A stretch of DNA of 62,707 nt from Patescibacteria group bacterium (GCA_028681575.1 JAQUHX010000001.1:1-62707), one strand, 5' to 3'. Counted from the first letter of the stretch, positions 27,373 to 37,459 are shown. Numbers and translations are program-made. The notes: a model not told the origin generated them from the letters alone.

Positions 27373-30300
27373 TTAAACCTCGGCTTGAGCTTTTTCCTCC
27401 TCATCGGTAATAGTGCCAGTCGACGACTCTGGAACTTCTTTTTCTAATTCAGTCTCAATTTTCGGCTCAGTCGCTAGTAAAAATTCATCTTCAGAAGAGA
27501 TAACTTCGTCCGCCGAACCCTCCTCACTTAAAAGTTCAACATCTAAACCTAAACCTTTAAGCTCACGAATTAAAACATTAAAAGACTCGGGAACATTTAA
27601 TTTCTCAATTACCTCGCCCTTAATAATGCTTTCATAGGCCTTTGAACGACCAGGAACATCATCAGATTTAATCGTTAACATTTCTTGAAGAGTATGAGCC
27701 GCTCCATAACCTTCTAAAGCCCAAACTTCCATTTCTCCAAAACGCTGACCACCAAACTGAGCTTTACCACCTAAAGGCTGCTGTGTGATTAAGGAGTAAG
27801 GGCCAATAGATCGCTGGTGAATCTTATCTTCAACCATATGGTTGAGTTTAAGCATATACTTATAACCAACCGTAATCTTGTTATCATAAGGGAGGCCAGT
27901 TTTCCCGTCATAAAGAATAACTTTTCCATCTTCAGGTAAGCCAGCTTTTTTAAGCTCCGCTTTAATCTGAGATTCAGTAATACCATCTAAGGCGGGCGTA
28001 GCCGCACGGTAACCTAATTTATGAGCAGCTAAACCTAGGTGAGTTTCTAGTAGCTGCCCTAAATTCATACGAGAAATGATTCCTAAAGGCGAAAGAATAA
28101 CATCAACGTGAGTACCGTCTTCTAAATAAGGCATGTCTTCATCGGGAACAATTTTAGAAATAACCCCCTTATTGCCGTGTCGTCCGGACATTTTATCCCC
28201 CACTTGAATTTTTCTTAAATTAGCAACCGAAACTTGAATAGATTTTAAAACTCCGGCTGACAACTTGTCACCATCCTCGCGAGAAAATACTTTTACATCG
28301 ACGACTTTACCGTGCTCGCCATGCTCTAAGTAAAGAGAGGAGTCGCGAACATCTTTAGCTTTTTCTCCAAAAATAGCCCGCAATAATTTCTCTTCAGCTG
28401 ACAAAGTGGTTTCTCCTTTTGGAGTAATTTTTCCCACTAAAATATCACCCGAAGAAACTTCCGCTCCAATACGAATAATCCCATCTTCATCCAAATTCTT
28501 TAATTTTTCTTCACTAATATTGGGAATGTCGTTGGTAATTACTTCCGGTCCAAGTTTTGTATCTCGAACATCAATAGTGTAGTTTTCAATATTAATAGAG
28601 GAGAAAACATCTTCACGAACTAGGCGCTCAGAAATAATAACCGCATCTTCATAGTTAAAACCCTCCCAAGTCATAAAGGCAACTAAAACGTTGCGCCCCA
28701 AAGACAATTCTCCATTATCAATTGAAGGGCCATCAGACAAAACTTCCCCGGCTGAGACTTTATCACCAACTGAAACAACCGGATGTTGATTAATGCAGGT
28801 AGAGGAGTTAGAACGAACAAATTTATTTAGAGGATATTTAATGGTTTGCCCTTTTTTTGTTTGTAAATCAATTTCTAGGCCGTCAGCCCGAGTAATTGTG
28901 CCCGGTTCATCAGCTAAAACTAAGTGCCCACTATCTCGAGCCGCTCGCGCCTCAATACCAGTTCCAACTATCGGCGCCTCTGCTTTAATTAGAGGAACGG
29001 CTTGACGCTGCATATTTGTTCCCATTAAAGAGCGCTGTCCGTCATTATGTTCCATAAAAGGAATCATCGAGGTCGCTACAGAAATAATTTGATTCGCGGC
29101 AACACCAACAAAATCAATTTTATCAGCGTCTTCCATACTTGGTTCGCCGTTTTTTCTAACCTCAAAACGAGAGGCTAAAATTTTTCCTTTTTCATCAATT
29201 GGCAAAGTAGCGTCGGCAGTAGTATATTTTTCTTCCTCAAAAGCATCGAGGTAAACAATCTCTGAAGTGACAAAGCTTCCACCTTTAGTATGATTAACTC
29301 GACGATATGGAGTTTCTAAAAACCCATAAATATTCAGTTTAGCATAAGTCGCCAAATGACCAACCAAACCAATATTTGGACCCTCTGGGGTTGCAATTGG
29401 GCAAATGCGGCCATAATGAGTGGAGTGCACATCACGAACATCAAAACCAGCTCGCTCTCTAGTTAAACCGCCCGGACCCATCGCCGACAAACGACGTTTA
29501 TGTTCAAGCTCGGCTAAGGGGTTAGTCTGATCCATGAATTGAGACAATTGAGAAGACATGAAAAATTCTTTAATCACCCCAATAATCGGCCGCGCATTAA
29601 CGAGCTTAGTTGCTGTTAAAAGAGAAATATCGGTAGTCGACATTCGATCTTTAATGATTCTCTCCATTCGCGCTAAACCAACACGAAAACGAGTCTGGAT
29701 TAAACCGCCGATAGCCCGCACCCGACGATTTCCTAAATGATCAATATCATCTTCCGGCTCCTTGGTAATATTTAAGCGAATAACTTCTTTAACAATCAAA
29801 ACTAAATCCTCCTTACGTAAAATCCTATTCTCACGATTATTTTCTAAATCCAAATTAAAACGACGATTTAATTTATAACGACCAACGCGACCAAAATCGT
29901 AACGGTCAAAACGGAAAAACATTGAATGGATTAATTGACGAGCATTTTCAACTGAAGCTAAATCACCAGGACGAATACGACGATAAACCTCCTGCAAACC
30001 CTCAGCTTCACTTTTAGCTAAGTCCTTCTCGATGGTCGCCTGAATAAAAGTTGGTTCATCATCACTTTTTACCAAATCAACATCTTTAAATAAGGCCTGT
30101 AATTCTTCATCGCTCTCATAACCAAAAGCACGCAAAAGAGAAGTAATCGCTACTTTGCGCTTGCGGTCAATTCTTACCCAAATTACCTTATTAGCATCAG
30201 TTTCAATTTCTAACCAAGCCCCTCGATTAGGAATAACTTTCGCCCCATAACATTTCTTTCCTTTAATAAAATCAGCTGTAAACATTACCCCCGCCGAACG

Positions 30301-30720
30301 AATTAACTGAGAAACAACAACACGCTCAATCCCGTTAATGATAAAAGTCCCTTGATTAGTCATTAGAGGGAAATCACCTAAGTAAACCTCTTGATTGCTA
30401 ATCTGATTAGTCTTTTTATTAACTAAACGAGTTTTGACACGAAGAGGGGCCTCATAGGTGATATTTTTAGCCCGACTCTCCTGTTCGCTAAACTTAGGAT
30501 CATCTAAATAATAATCTTCAAAATAGAGCTCCAGGTCACGACCAATAAAGTCGGTAATTGGATTAATTTCTTCAAACAGCTCCGTTAAACCCTCATTTAA
30601 AAACCACTTGTAGGAATCCTTTTGGATTTCAATCAATTCCGGTATTGGCATTATCTCCTGACGGTCTTTGAAAAAGCGGCGCGGGGCAAGGCACTTGTCT
30701 ACGCTTTGTGTCTTAGGCAT
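27373..30720 (-). CDS. rpoB: DNA-directed RNA polymerase beta subunit
   Basis: 1115 aa with conserved beta-subunit blocks (GRHGNKGVISKI, GGQRFGEMEVWALE). Confidence 0.97.
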   Translation of the reverse strand: MPKTQSVDKCLAPRRFFKDRQEIMPIPELIEIQKDSYKWFLNEGLTELFEEINPITDFIGRDLELYFEDYYLDDPKFSEQESRAKNITYEAPLRVKTRLVNKKTNQISNQEVYLGDFPLMTNQGTFIINGIERVVVSQLIRSAGVMFTADFIKGKKCYGAKVIPNRGAWLEIETDANKVIWVRIDRKRKVAITSLLRAFGYESDEELQALFKDVDLVKSDDEPTFIQATIEKDLAKSEAEGLQEVYRRIRPGDLASVENARQLIHSMFFRFDRYDFGRVGRYKLNRRFNLDLENNRENRILRKEDLVLIVKEVIRLNITKEPEDDIDHLGNRRVRAIGGLIQTRFRVGLARMERIIKDRMSTTDISLLTATKLVNARPIIGVIKEFFMSSQLSQFMDQTNPLAELEHKRRLSAMGPGGLTRERAGFDVRDVHSTHYGRICPIATPEGPNIGLVGHLATYAKLNIYGFLETPYRRVNHTKGGSFVTSEIVYLDAFEEEKYTTADATLPIDEKGKILASRFEVRKNGEPSMEDADKIDFVGVAANQIISVATSMIPFMEHNDGQRSLMGTNMQRQAVPLIKAEAPIVGTGIEARAARDSGHLVLADEPGTITRADGLEIDLQTKKGQTIKYPLNKFVRSNSSTCINQHPVVSVGDKVSAGEVLSDGPSIDNGELSLGRNVLVAFMTWEGFNYEDAVIISERLVREDVFSSINIENYTIDVRDTKLGPEVITNDIPNISEEKLKNLDEDGIIRIGAEVSSGDILVGKITPKGETTLSAEEKLLRAIFGEKAKDVRDSSLYLEHGEHGKVVDVKVFSREDGDKLSAGVLKSIQVSVANLRKIQVGDKMSGRHGNKGVISKIVPDEDMPYLEDGTHVDVILSPLGIISRMNLGQLLETHLGLAAHKLGYRAATPALDGITESQIKAELKKAGLPEDGKVILYDGKTGLPYDNKITVGYKYMLKLNHMVEDKIHQRSIGPYSLITQQPLGGKAQFGGQRFGEMEVWALEGYGAAHTLQEMLTIKSDDVPGRSKAYESIIKGEVIEKLNVPESFNVLIRELKGLGLDVELLSEEGSADEVISSEDEFLLATEPKIETELEKEVPESSTGTITDEEEKAQAEV

Positions 30721-30943
30721 AATATTGCGAGAAATTAGTTAACAACAAAAAAAACTTAAGCTCCGGCGAACAAAGCTCAAGATTAAAAAAAATTAATTGG
30801 CGGTGAAGAGGCAACTCACTGTGATGGCTGTAAATTATTTTTACAAAATAATGTAAAAAACAGCAAAAAAAACGGTTTGGGAACTTTTATTATCCATATC
30901 ACCGTATCTATCCATTTTTTGCTTTAAGTTAAATTGTAGCGCT

Positions 30944-30972
30944 ATTATAGAATGCTTTTTAACTTATGTCAA
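30944..30972 (-). promoter_or_regulatory. Consensus sigma70-type promoter (TTGACA-17-TATAAT) upstream of rpoB
   Basis: Minus strand: TTGACA (30972..30967), a 17-nt spacer, TATAAT (30949..30944). This predicts a leader of about 215 nt before the rpoB ATG at 30720. Confidence 0.6.
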
Positions 30973-30989
30973 TTATACTAATGAACAAG

Positions 30990-30998
30990 TTATCCACA
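30990..30998 (+). promoter_or_regulatory. Perfect DnaA-box consensus TTATCCACA
   Basis: Exact 9-mer lying 18 nt upstream of the rpoB -35 element. A one-mismatch copy, TTATCCATA, is at 30890..30898. Confidence 0.3.
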
Positions 30999-31004
30999 GC
31001 TAAT

Positions 31005-32441
31005 TTAAGTGCCTAAATTAAGGGCATTAAATTCCTCGCGAACAATGCGACGATCATCCCAGGGAACTTTCTTACCATCAGCTAAACAAATATATTGCTC
31101 TGCCCCTTTTCCAGTGATTAAGACTAAATCATCTTTATCCGCTAAAGATAGGGCTTTTTTTATAGCCTGGCGACGATCATCAACTAAGAATAAGTCTTTA
31201 CTGCGCTCCTTGCCAGTCGCCTCAGCTCCAGCCGCTACCTCCTCAATGATTACACGCGGATCTTCATCGTATGGATCTTCATTAGTAATAATTACATAAT
31301 CAGCATTATCCCCAGCTAAACGACCTAAAATTGGGCGCCGATCTTTATCGCGCCCACCGCCACAAGAACCAAGCACATGAATTATTTTTTGATGAGGAAT
31401 AACCTTAATTGTGCTATACATTTTTTGTAAAGCACGAGGCTCAAAAGAATAATCAACAATAATAGTAAAATCTTGCCCCAAATCTATTTTTTCTAATTTT
31501 CCAGACAAGCAAGTGACACCCTCTAAACCCTTTTTTATCTCTGGCCACAAAACCCCCTGACTAAAAGCGGTCAGAGCAGCATTTAAAGCGTTTTCAACAT
31601 TGAAAGCCCCTAATAATTTCAGGTTTATTTTTTGATCCGCAACTAAAAAAGAAACACCCTCTGGCTTTTCCTCCACTTCTTTATATTGGAAGAATTGGCT
31701 GCCGTGCAAAATTCTACTATCCAAACCACTAAATAAGTCCGTGTCTAAAGAATCTTGAGAAGAATAAATAAACTGTTCTTCGCTCCAAAAATTTAAAAAA
31801 TAAGGAGCGTGCTCGTCGTTTCCATTTACAATTATAGTTTTTTTAACTCGAGTATAATCTAGCTTCTTTAAAGCTGAGGTTGGATGAACAACTCCTTTGT
31901 GATCGTCAACATATTTAGGGCGACTCTTTTTTAAAGTTTCGAATAAGCGCCCCTTTGCTTCTTTATATTTTTCAAAACCACCATGACTCTCTATATGTTC
32001 GGGGTATAAACCAGTAAAAATTAAAATGTCATAATTAATAAATTTATGGCGAAACTGAACAATCCCCTCAGAAGTTGTTTCAACAATTGCATACTGACAA
32101 CGATTTTTCACCATGCGCCGAAGCATTTTCTGAACAAAAAAACGACCAGGCATTGTCATTTTTTTATCGTTAAGCCACTCTCGTTTTCCGTCATCAAACA
32201 TTGCTGTTGAAGTGTAACCAACATTATAACCAGCCGATTCTAGGGCTTTAGCTACCAAGTAAACAGTCGATGTTTTGCCGGTGGTCCCGGTTACACCAAT
32301 AACAATTAGATTACGACTAGGATAGCGATACCAAAAAGCAGCTAAGGGCGCCATTAAATAATGATAAGCCGGCTGAACAATTTTAAATATTTTTTTAGGA
32401 ATAAGTTTTTTCAGAAAATTCATAAAATTAAGGCTCCTCAA
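31005..32441 (-). CDS. murE: Mur ligase family protein, MurE-like (UDP-MurNAc-dipeptide amino-acid ligase)
   Basis: P-loop GVTGTTGKTST, and Mur ligase middle and C-terminal domains. The region before the P-loop is short. True start may be M7 at 32423. Confidence 0.7.
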   Translation of the reverse strand: MRSLNFMNFLKKLIPKKIFKIVQPAYHYLMAPLAAFWYRYPSRNLIVIGVTGTTGKTSTVYLVAKALESAGYNVGYTSTAMFDDGKREWLNDKKMTMPGRFFVQKMLRRMVKNRCQYAIVETTSEGIVQFRHKFINYDILIFTGLYPEHIESHGGFEKYKEAKGRLFETLKKSRPKYVDDHKGVVHPTSALKKLDYTRVKKTIIVNGNDEHAPYFLNFWSEEQFIYSSQDSLDTDLFSGLDSRILHGSQFFQYKEVEEKPEGVSFLVADQKINLKLLGAFNVENALNAALTAFSQGVLWPEIKKGLEGVTCLSGKLEKIDLGQDFTIIVDYSFEPRALQKMYSTIKVIPHQKIIHVLGSCGGGRDKDRRPILGRLAGDNADYVIITNEDPYDEDPRVIIEEVAAGAEATGKERSKDLFLVDDRRQAIKKALSLADKDDLVLITGKGAEQYICLADGKKVPWDDRRIVREEFNALNLGT

Positions 32442-32465
32442 TTATATACTAATTTACTAATTTGT

Positions 32466-32496
32466 AAAAAAGCGCCCCCGAAAGCGCGCTTTTTTT
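32466..32496 (-). terminator. Intrinsic terminator downstream of ftsK
   Basis: GC-rich hairpin AAAGCGC...GCGCTTT, with a T-run on the minus strand. Confidence 0.6.
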
Positions 32497-32498
32497 CT

Positions 32499-35162
32499 TT
32501 ATCTAGCAAAAAAAGTATCATCATCGTCAAGCTGATAAGTTGGCGGAGTGTTTAATTTTTTTTCTTCTTCCTCGCCATCTTCCCTCTCGGACTCTTTAAC
32601 TGGCTCAAATTCCTCCCCTTCTGAAGTATCGCCAAACTCAGCTTGCTCGCGAATATTATCTAAGATTTCCTCTTCACTGGCAATCTTATCTTCTGGGCCG
32701 TCATCATCTAGTAAAAAATCAGGCACCTCCAGCTCTTCAGTTTCTTCAACTTCTTCAGACTCTTCAATATTTTCTTCTGGGTCAAATTCAACTTCATCTT
32801 TAATTTCACTTTCTTCCTCATTCTCTTCTTCACCAAAATCTAAAACACCATCATCCCCTTCTTCTCCATCAAGAAAAGAATCAGGAATGGAAGTGCTTTT
32901 TTTGTCATGCAGAGTAAGACCAGAAACTCCAAGGGCAAACTGTTCTTTAGAAACTAAAACTTCTCGAGGCTTAGAACCGTTAGGCGCCCCCACAAATCCC
33001 TGCTCTTCTAAAAGATCCAAAATCTTAGCGGCGCGACCATAACCAATTGAAAGACGACGTTGCAACAGAGAAGTCGAAGCTCGGCCAGCTTCAACAATAA
33101 TCTCTCTAGCCTCATTAATTAATTCATCTTCATCGCCATAGGCACCATCAAGACCAACGCCAGCCACACCACCAACCTTTTGCCGATCAGTTACCCCTTC
33201 TAAATATTCGGCTTCGCCACTACGCTCTTTAATGTAATTAACAATATCATTAATCTCTTCATCGCTAACATAAGCTCCTTGAATTCTTTTAGGTTTAGAT
33301 AATTCCGCGGTTGATAAAAGCATATCGCCTTGTCCTAAAAGTTTTTCAGCGCCACTCATATCCAAAATCGTCTTAGAGTCAATAACTGAGGCAACAGAAA
33401 AAGCAATCCGCGCAGGAATGTTGGCCTTAATAAGGCCAGTAATAACATCAACCGAAGGACGTTGGGTCGCCAAAATTAAATGAATACCAACGGCTCGAGA
33501 CATCTGAGCTAAACGAATAACCGCCGCCTCCATTTCTTTTCCGGCTGTCATCATAAAGTCTGCCAACTCATCAATAATAAAAACTATATAGGGCAACTTT
33601 TCAGAGGCAACAGCATTATAGCTTTGAATATTTTTTTTACCTTTTTTATTTAATAAATCATAACGGTTATTCATCTCGTTTAAACACCACTTTAAAGCAT
33701 TAATGGTTTTAGAAACTTCAGTAATCACCGGCACCAATAAATGAGGAATACCATTATAAACCGGCAGCTCAACTCGCTTGGGGTCGACCATAATAAGCCG
33801 TAAATCTTCCGGGTTATTTTGATAAAGCAGACTAATAATAATAGTATTTAAACAAACCGACTTTCCTGAATTAGTTGCACCTGCAACGAGTAGGTGAGGA
33901 GCCCGGGTTAAATCATAAATCCAAGATGTGCCCGCGACATCCTTACCAAGAGCAATCATCAAGTTGTGCTTACGCTTTCTAAAAACATCGTCCTCTAGAA
34001 TCTCTCGCAGACCAACCAAAGCCTTGCTTTTATTGGGCACCTCAACACCAACAAGAGATTTGCCCGGAATCGGTGCTTCAATTCTCAAAGGATGAGCAGC
34101 TAAGGCCAGGGAAAGGTCATTAGAAAGAGTTGTAATTTTAGAGAGCTTAACGCCTTCGGCGGGCTTAAAAGTATACTGGGTTACAGTTGGGCCTACTTTT
34201 GTCTCCCCCATCCCAACCGCAATACCAAAATTCTCTAAAGTTTTCTTAATTTTCTTAGCGTTAGCTTCGGTATCGCCACCAATAGCTTGACCGGTTTTGT
34301 GATTTAAAAGTTCAATCGGTAAATCAATTTTTATTTTTCTTTTTGGCCAAGAAATTTTTTCCTGAACCTTAACTGCATCTTTTTTCCGAACCGCAGCAGT
34401 TGGCGCTAAGGCTTCTTTATTTTCTGCTAGCTCCTTTGCTGTCCAGGCACCAAGAACCTCATTACGCGCCTGCTCAATAAAACCTTCTTCAGGCTCCTCC
34501 TCTTCCTCAATTTCAACATCTGTCTCATTAAAATGCTGTTGACGACGCTCTTGGTCGCGAGCAAAAGCACTTTTAAACCAATTAACTATCGGCTTAAATA
34601 TTTTAGCCAAGAAACTCTCGGTGCCAATTATTTTAGACAAAGAGGTGTTAAAAACTAGAACCAGGGAGCTTAAAAATAACAAAAATAAAATTACTACTCC
34701 ACCCCAAAAACCGAAGAGATAGAAAAACCCTTCGCTTAACCAATAACCAACATAGCCACCACCGCGCCCCTCAACGGGGGCGGTTTTCCAAAAATCTTTT
34801 TCTAAGAAAAAATGAAACAAGGTTTGAGTAGAAACAAACAATAAAATTACCCCCAAATAATCAGTAAATTTTACTTCATATTTTTTGTTACTAACCAGCA
34901 GCATTCCCCAAATGAAAAAAAGCAAGGGCACTAACCAGCGTCCAAAACCAAATATTAAAGAAAGCCATTTAGAAAAAAATTGTCCCACCACCCCCGACAT
35001 ATCAAATAAACCCAAAAGACCGATAAGGGCAAAAGCAAAAACCAAAACTATGCCCAAACTCCGACGAGCAGAATCATCCAGTTGTAAGCTCGGTAAAGTG
35101 AGATAATCATTATTATTATCCTTATTTGATTGGACGGACTTTTTCCTTTTTTTAGCGCTCAT
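32499..35162 (-). CDS. ftsK: DNA translocase FtsK/SpoIIIE with a long acidic C-terminal tail
   Basis: N-terminal TM helices, Walker A GATNSGKS, and a gamma winged-helix region (LLQRRLSIGYGRAAKILDLLEEQG), followed by about 150 extra residues rich in D/E. Confidence 0.9.
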   Translation of the reverse strand: MSAKKRKKSVQSNKDNNNDYLTLPSLQLDDSARRSLGIVLVFAFALIGLLGLFDMSGVVGQFFSKWLSLIFGFGRWLVPLLFFIWGMLLVSNKKYEVKFTDYLGVILLFVSTQTLFHFFLEKDFWKTAPVEGRGGGYVGYWLSEGFFYLFGFWGGVVILFLLFLSSLVLVFNTSLSKIIGTESFLAKIFKPIVNWFKSAFARDQERRQQHFNETDVEIEEEEEPEEGFIEQARNEVLGAWTAKELAENKEALAPTAAVRKKDAVKVQEKISWPKRKIKIDLPIELLNHKTGQAIGGDTEANAKKIKKTLENFGIAVGMGETKVGPTVTQYTFKPAEGVKLSKITTLSNDLSLALAAHPLRIEAPIPGKSLVGVEVPNKSKALVGLREILEDDVFRKRKHNLMIALGKDVAGTSWIYDLTRAPHLLVAGATNSGKSVCLNTIIISLLYQNNPEDLRLIMVDPKRVELPVYNGIPHLLVPVITEVSKTINALKWCLNEMNNRYDLLNKKGKKNIQSYNAVASEKLPYIVFIIDELADFMMTAGKEMEAAVIRLAQMSRAVGIHLILATQRPSVDVITGLIKANIPARIAFSVASVIDSKTILDMSGAEKLLGQGDMLLSTAELSKPKRIQGAYVSDEEINDIVNYIKERSGEAEYLEGVTDRQKVGGVAGVGLDGAYGDEDELINEAREIIVEAGRASTSLLQRRLSIGYGRAAKILDLLEEQGFVGAPNGSKPREVLVSKEQFALGVSGLTLHDKKSTSIPDSFLDGEEGDDGVLDFGEEENEEESEIKDEVEFDPEENIEESEEVEETEELEVPDFLLDDDGPEDKIASEEEILDNIREQAEFGDTSEGEEFEPVKESEREDGEEEEKKLNTPPTYQLDDDDTFFAR

Positions 35163-35191
35163 ATAATTCTATTATAGCAAATCGCCGCTGA

Positions 35192-35680
35192 TTATCTAAT
35201 TAAAGGTTTATTAAGGGCGCAAATAGCCAAAGCTAAGGCATCAGCCGCATCATCTGGCTTGGGAATTTTTTTTAAACCTAAAATTGTTTTAACCATTCGC
35301 TGAACTTGCTCTTTTGTGGCCGCACCATAAGAAGCAACTGCTTGTTTAACTTGACTTGGTTTAAACTCCACCAAAGAACAGCCACGCTCTTGAATAGCCA
35401 ACAAAATCACCCCCCGAGCTTCTCCGACAGTAATCGCTGTCTTCACATTTTTACTAAAGAATAATTCCTCAACAGAGACTAAATCGGGCTGATAAGTATC
35501 TAAAATGAGAAGCAATTCTTGATGCAAGGTCTCTAAGCGAGCCATCAAGTTGATTTTTGAACTGGTTTTAATGGAACCATAAGCCAAACAGCGGACAGTG
35601 CTGCCGTTGACTTTAATCACCCCGTAGCCAGTATCAGCAATACCGGGATCAATTCCTAAGATAACTCGCGACTGAGACAT
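35192..35680 (-). CDS. ruvC: Holliday junction resolvase RuvC
   Basis: ILGIDPGIADTGYGVI N-terminus, 162 aa. Confidence 0.9.
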   Translation of the reverse strand: MSQSRVILGIDPGIADTGYGVIKVNGSTVRCLAYGSIKTSSKINLMARLETLHQELLLILDTYQPDLVSVEELFFSKNVKTAITVGEARGVILLAIQERGCSLVEFKPSQVKQAVASYGAATKEQVQRMVKTILGLKKIPKPDDAADALALAICALNKPLIR

Positions 35681-35689
35681 AATAAAAAA

Positions 35690-36406
35690 TTACCAGTCAG
35701 AGTTTAAATAATAGTCACTTACATCTTCATTATCATCTAACTCGGCTAGCAGACGATCGGCCTTAGTCTGGTCCTCAGGACTGAGAACTATTTTTTCTTG
35801 AGCAACATAAGCGATGTCAGCCGACTCAGGATTTAGATTTTTTCCTTTTAAAAAATCGGACATTTTCTGAAAATCCGACAAATCAGTATAAATTGTTAAA
35901 CCTTCGGTTTCAGTTTGAACATCGGTCGCCCCCTGATCTATCAATTCCAAAATAAATTCTTCTCGATCAAGAGGGGCTAATTGTTCATCCGGCAAAAGAA
36001 AAATTCCCTTTTGAGAAAAATTCCAAAGCACAGAGCCAAAAGATCCGCCGGCCTTAGAAAAAGAATGACGAATAGTTGAAGCCGAGCGATTCTTATTGTC
36101 CGTAACACTTTTAACAACGACCTGAAGCCCTCCCGGACCCAAAGCTTCATAATACAGCTCCTCAACCTGAGCCCCATCCAACTCACCGGTTCCTTTCTTT
36201 ATTGCTCGTTCAATATTATCCTTAGGCATGTTAGCGCTCCGCGCCTTTTCAATCGCCGTTCGTAAACTGCTATTAGCTTCTGGGTCACCGCCTTTTCTGG
36301 CCGCCACCGAGATATTGTTAGCTAGTTTGGTGAAAATTGTGCCTCGTTTAGAGTCAACAATTGCTTTTTGACGATGAGTTGTCGCCCATTTTGAGTGTCC
36401 AGACAT
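35690..36406 (-). CDS. yebC: YebC/PmpR-family transcriptional regulator
   Basis: MSGHSKWATTHRQKA canonical N-terminus. The listed start at 36433 adds 9 implausible residues. Confidence 0.9.
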   Translation of the reverse strand: MSGHSKWATTHRQKAIVDSKRGTIFTKLANNISVAARKGGDPEANSSLRTAIEKARSANMPKDNIERAIKKGTGELDGAQVEELYYEALGPGGLQVVVKSVTDNKNRSASTIRHSFSKAGGSFGSVLWNFSQKGIFLLPDEQLAPLDREEFILELIDQGATDVQTETEGLTIYTDLSDFQKMSDFLKGKNLNPESADIAYVAQEKIVLSPEDQTKADRLLAELDDNEDVSDYYLNSDW

Positions 36407-36538
36407 AAAGAAAAAATTAAAGAAAAAAATCAAATAAACAAATTTCCAGTATTTTTAGCTTAGATTAAATTGAAATAAAAATCAAGATTAATTATAATAA
36501 AAAGACTGATAAAATAAAGCAAAAATTAAAATAATTTT

Positions 36539-37459
36539 ATGTCCAAACTACTTATCAAATCTTTAGATACTATCGTAAATGAAGCCCTGGATTTTTTTAG
36601 CAACAACCCGCCAGCAAAACTAAATCTAGCAAATTACAAGTTCCCTTTAGTAGTCGGTAGCGGCAACGCCTTTAATACTGGTAAAATTTTATTCGCTAAA
36701 AAGGCGGCAGTTTTTGCCAATGAAAGTAATTTTAAAAAAACTCTAAAAGATTACGAACACTTAATAAAAAATGGAACTATTCGTGAGGCGTTTATTATCT
36801 CCGCCTCTGGAGAAAAAGATTCCATCTGGGAAGCAAAAAAGGCAAAAGCGGCTGGCTTAAAAACAATTCTTTTAACTTGTGCTCTTGATTCTAGCGCTGC
36901 CCAGATTACTAATGAAGTTAAGGGCTACCGTAAATTAGCCGAGCCCTATACTTATAATTTCTCTACTTACTGCGGGATGATTCTAAGTGTCAGTGGAGAA
37001 AAAATTAAAAACATTAAAGAAGTTTTAAAAAAATTAAAAACTCCGGCAAATTTTAGCACTTATAAATCTTATTCATTTATACTCCCTGATGAATTTGGCG
37101 AGTTAGCCCCCATGCTAGATATTAAGCGTCACGAACTTTTTGGGCCTAAACTTTCTTTGCGGGCTTTTACTTTCGGAGAAGCGCGCCATGCCAAATTCGT
37201 TGTTCGCGACCCAAAAGAACTAGTTATCAGCTTTGGCGCCAATAAGTTTTTCGGTAGCCCTAATAGCCGCTGGGAAATTAATCTACCTAAAAATATCGGC
37301 TACGCCGGAATGATGGCTTTAACTTATTTTCTAGTCGGACAAATCCAAAATAATCAACCCGACTATTTTAGAAAAAATATTGAACGCTTTTGCAAAGACG
37401 ATGGTCCCAAAGCCTATGGTAGCAATAAGCCGTTCTCAGTTATTGTTCCGGGTAATTAG
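36539..37459 (+). CDS. Hypothetical protein, possibly a SIS-fold sugar-phosphate-binding/isomerase-like protein
   Basis: VVGSGNAFNTG and ISASGEKDS...AGLKTILLT resemble SIS-domain motifs. The match is weak and there is no HMM confirmation. Confidence 0.3.
   Translation: MSKLLIKSLDTIVNEALDFFSNNPPAKLNLANYKFPLVVGSGNAFNTGKILFAKKAAVFANESNFKKTLKDYEHLIKNGTIREAFIISASGEKDSIWEAKKAKAAGLKTILLTCALDSSAAQITNEVKGYRKLAEPYTYNFSTYCGMILSVSGEKIKNIKEVLKKLKTPANFSTYKSYSFILPDEFGELAPMLDIKRHELFGPKLSLRAFTFGEARHAKFVVRDPKELVISFGANKFFGSPNSRWEINLPKNIGYAGMMALTYFLVGQIQNNQPDYFRKNIERFCKDDGPKAYGSNKPFSVIVPGN

Noticed and set aside
30721-31004. Replication origin (oriC), suggested by the DnaA-box motifs
   Set aside because: There is only one perfect box and one near-box, no dnaA or dnaN nearby, no obvious AT-rich 13-mer-type unwinding repeats, and no strand switch of genes centred here.
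32548-33042. 164-aa Ser-rich plus-strand ORF
   Set aside because: It is the exact complement of the GAA/GAG-rich acidic tail of ftsK, so it is a compositional artefact.
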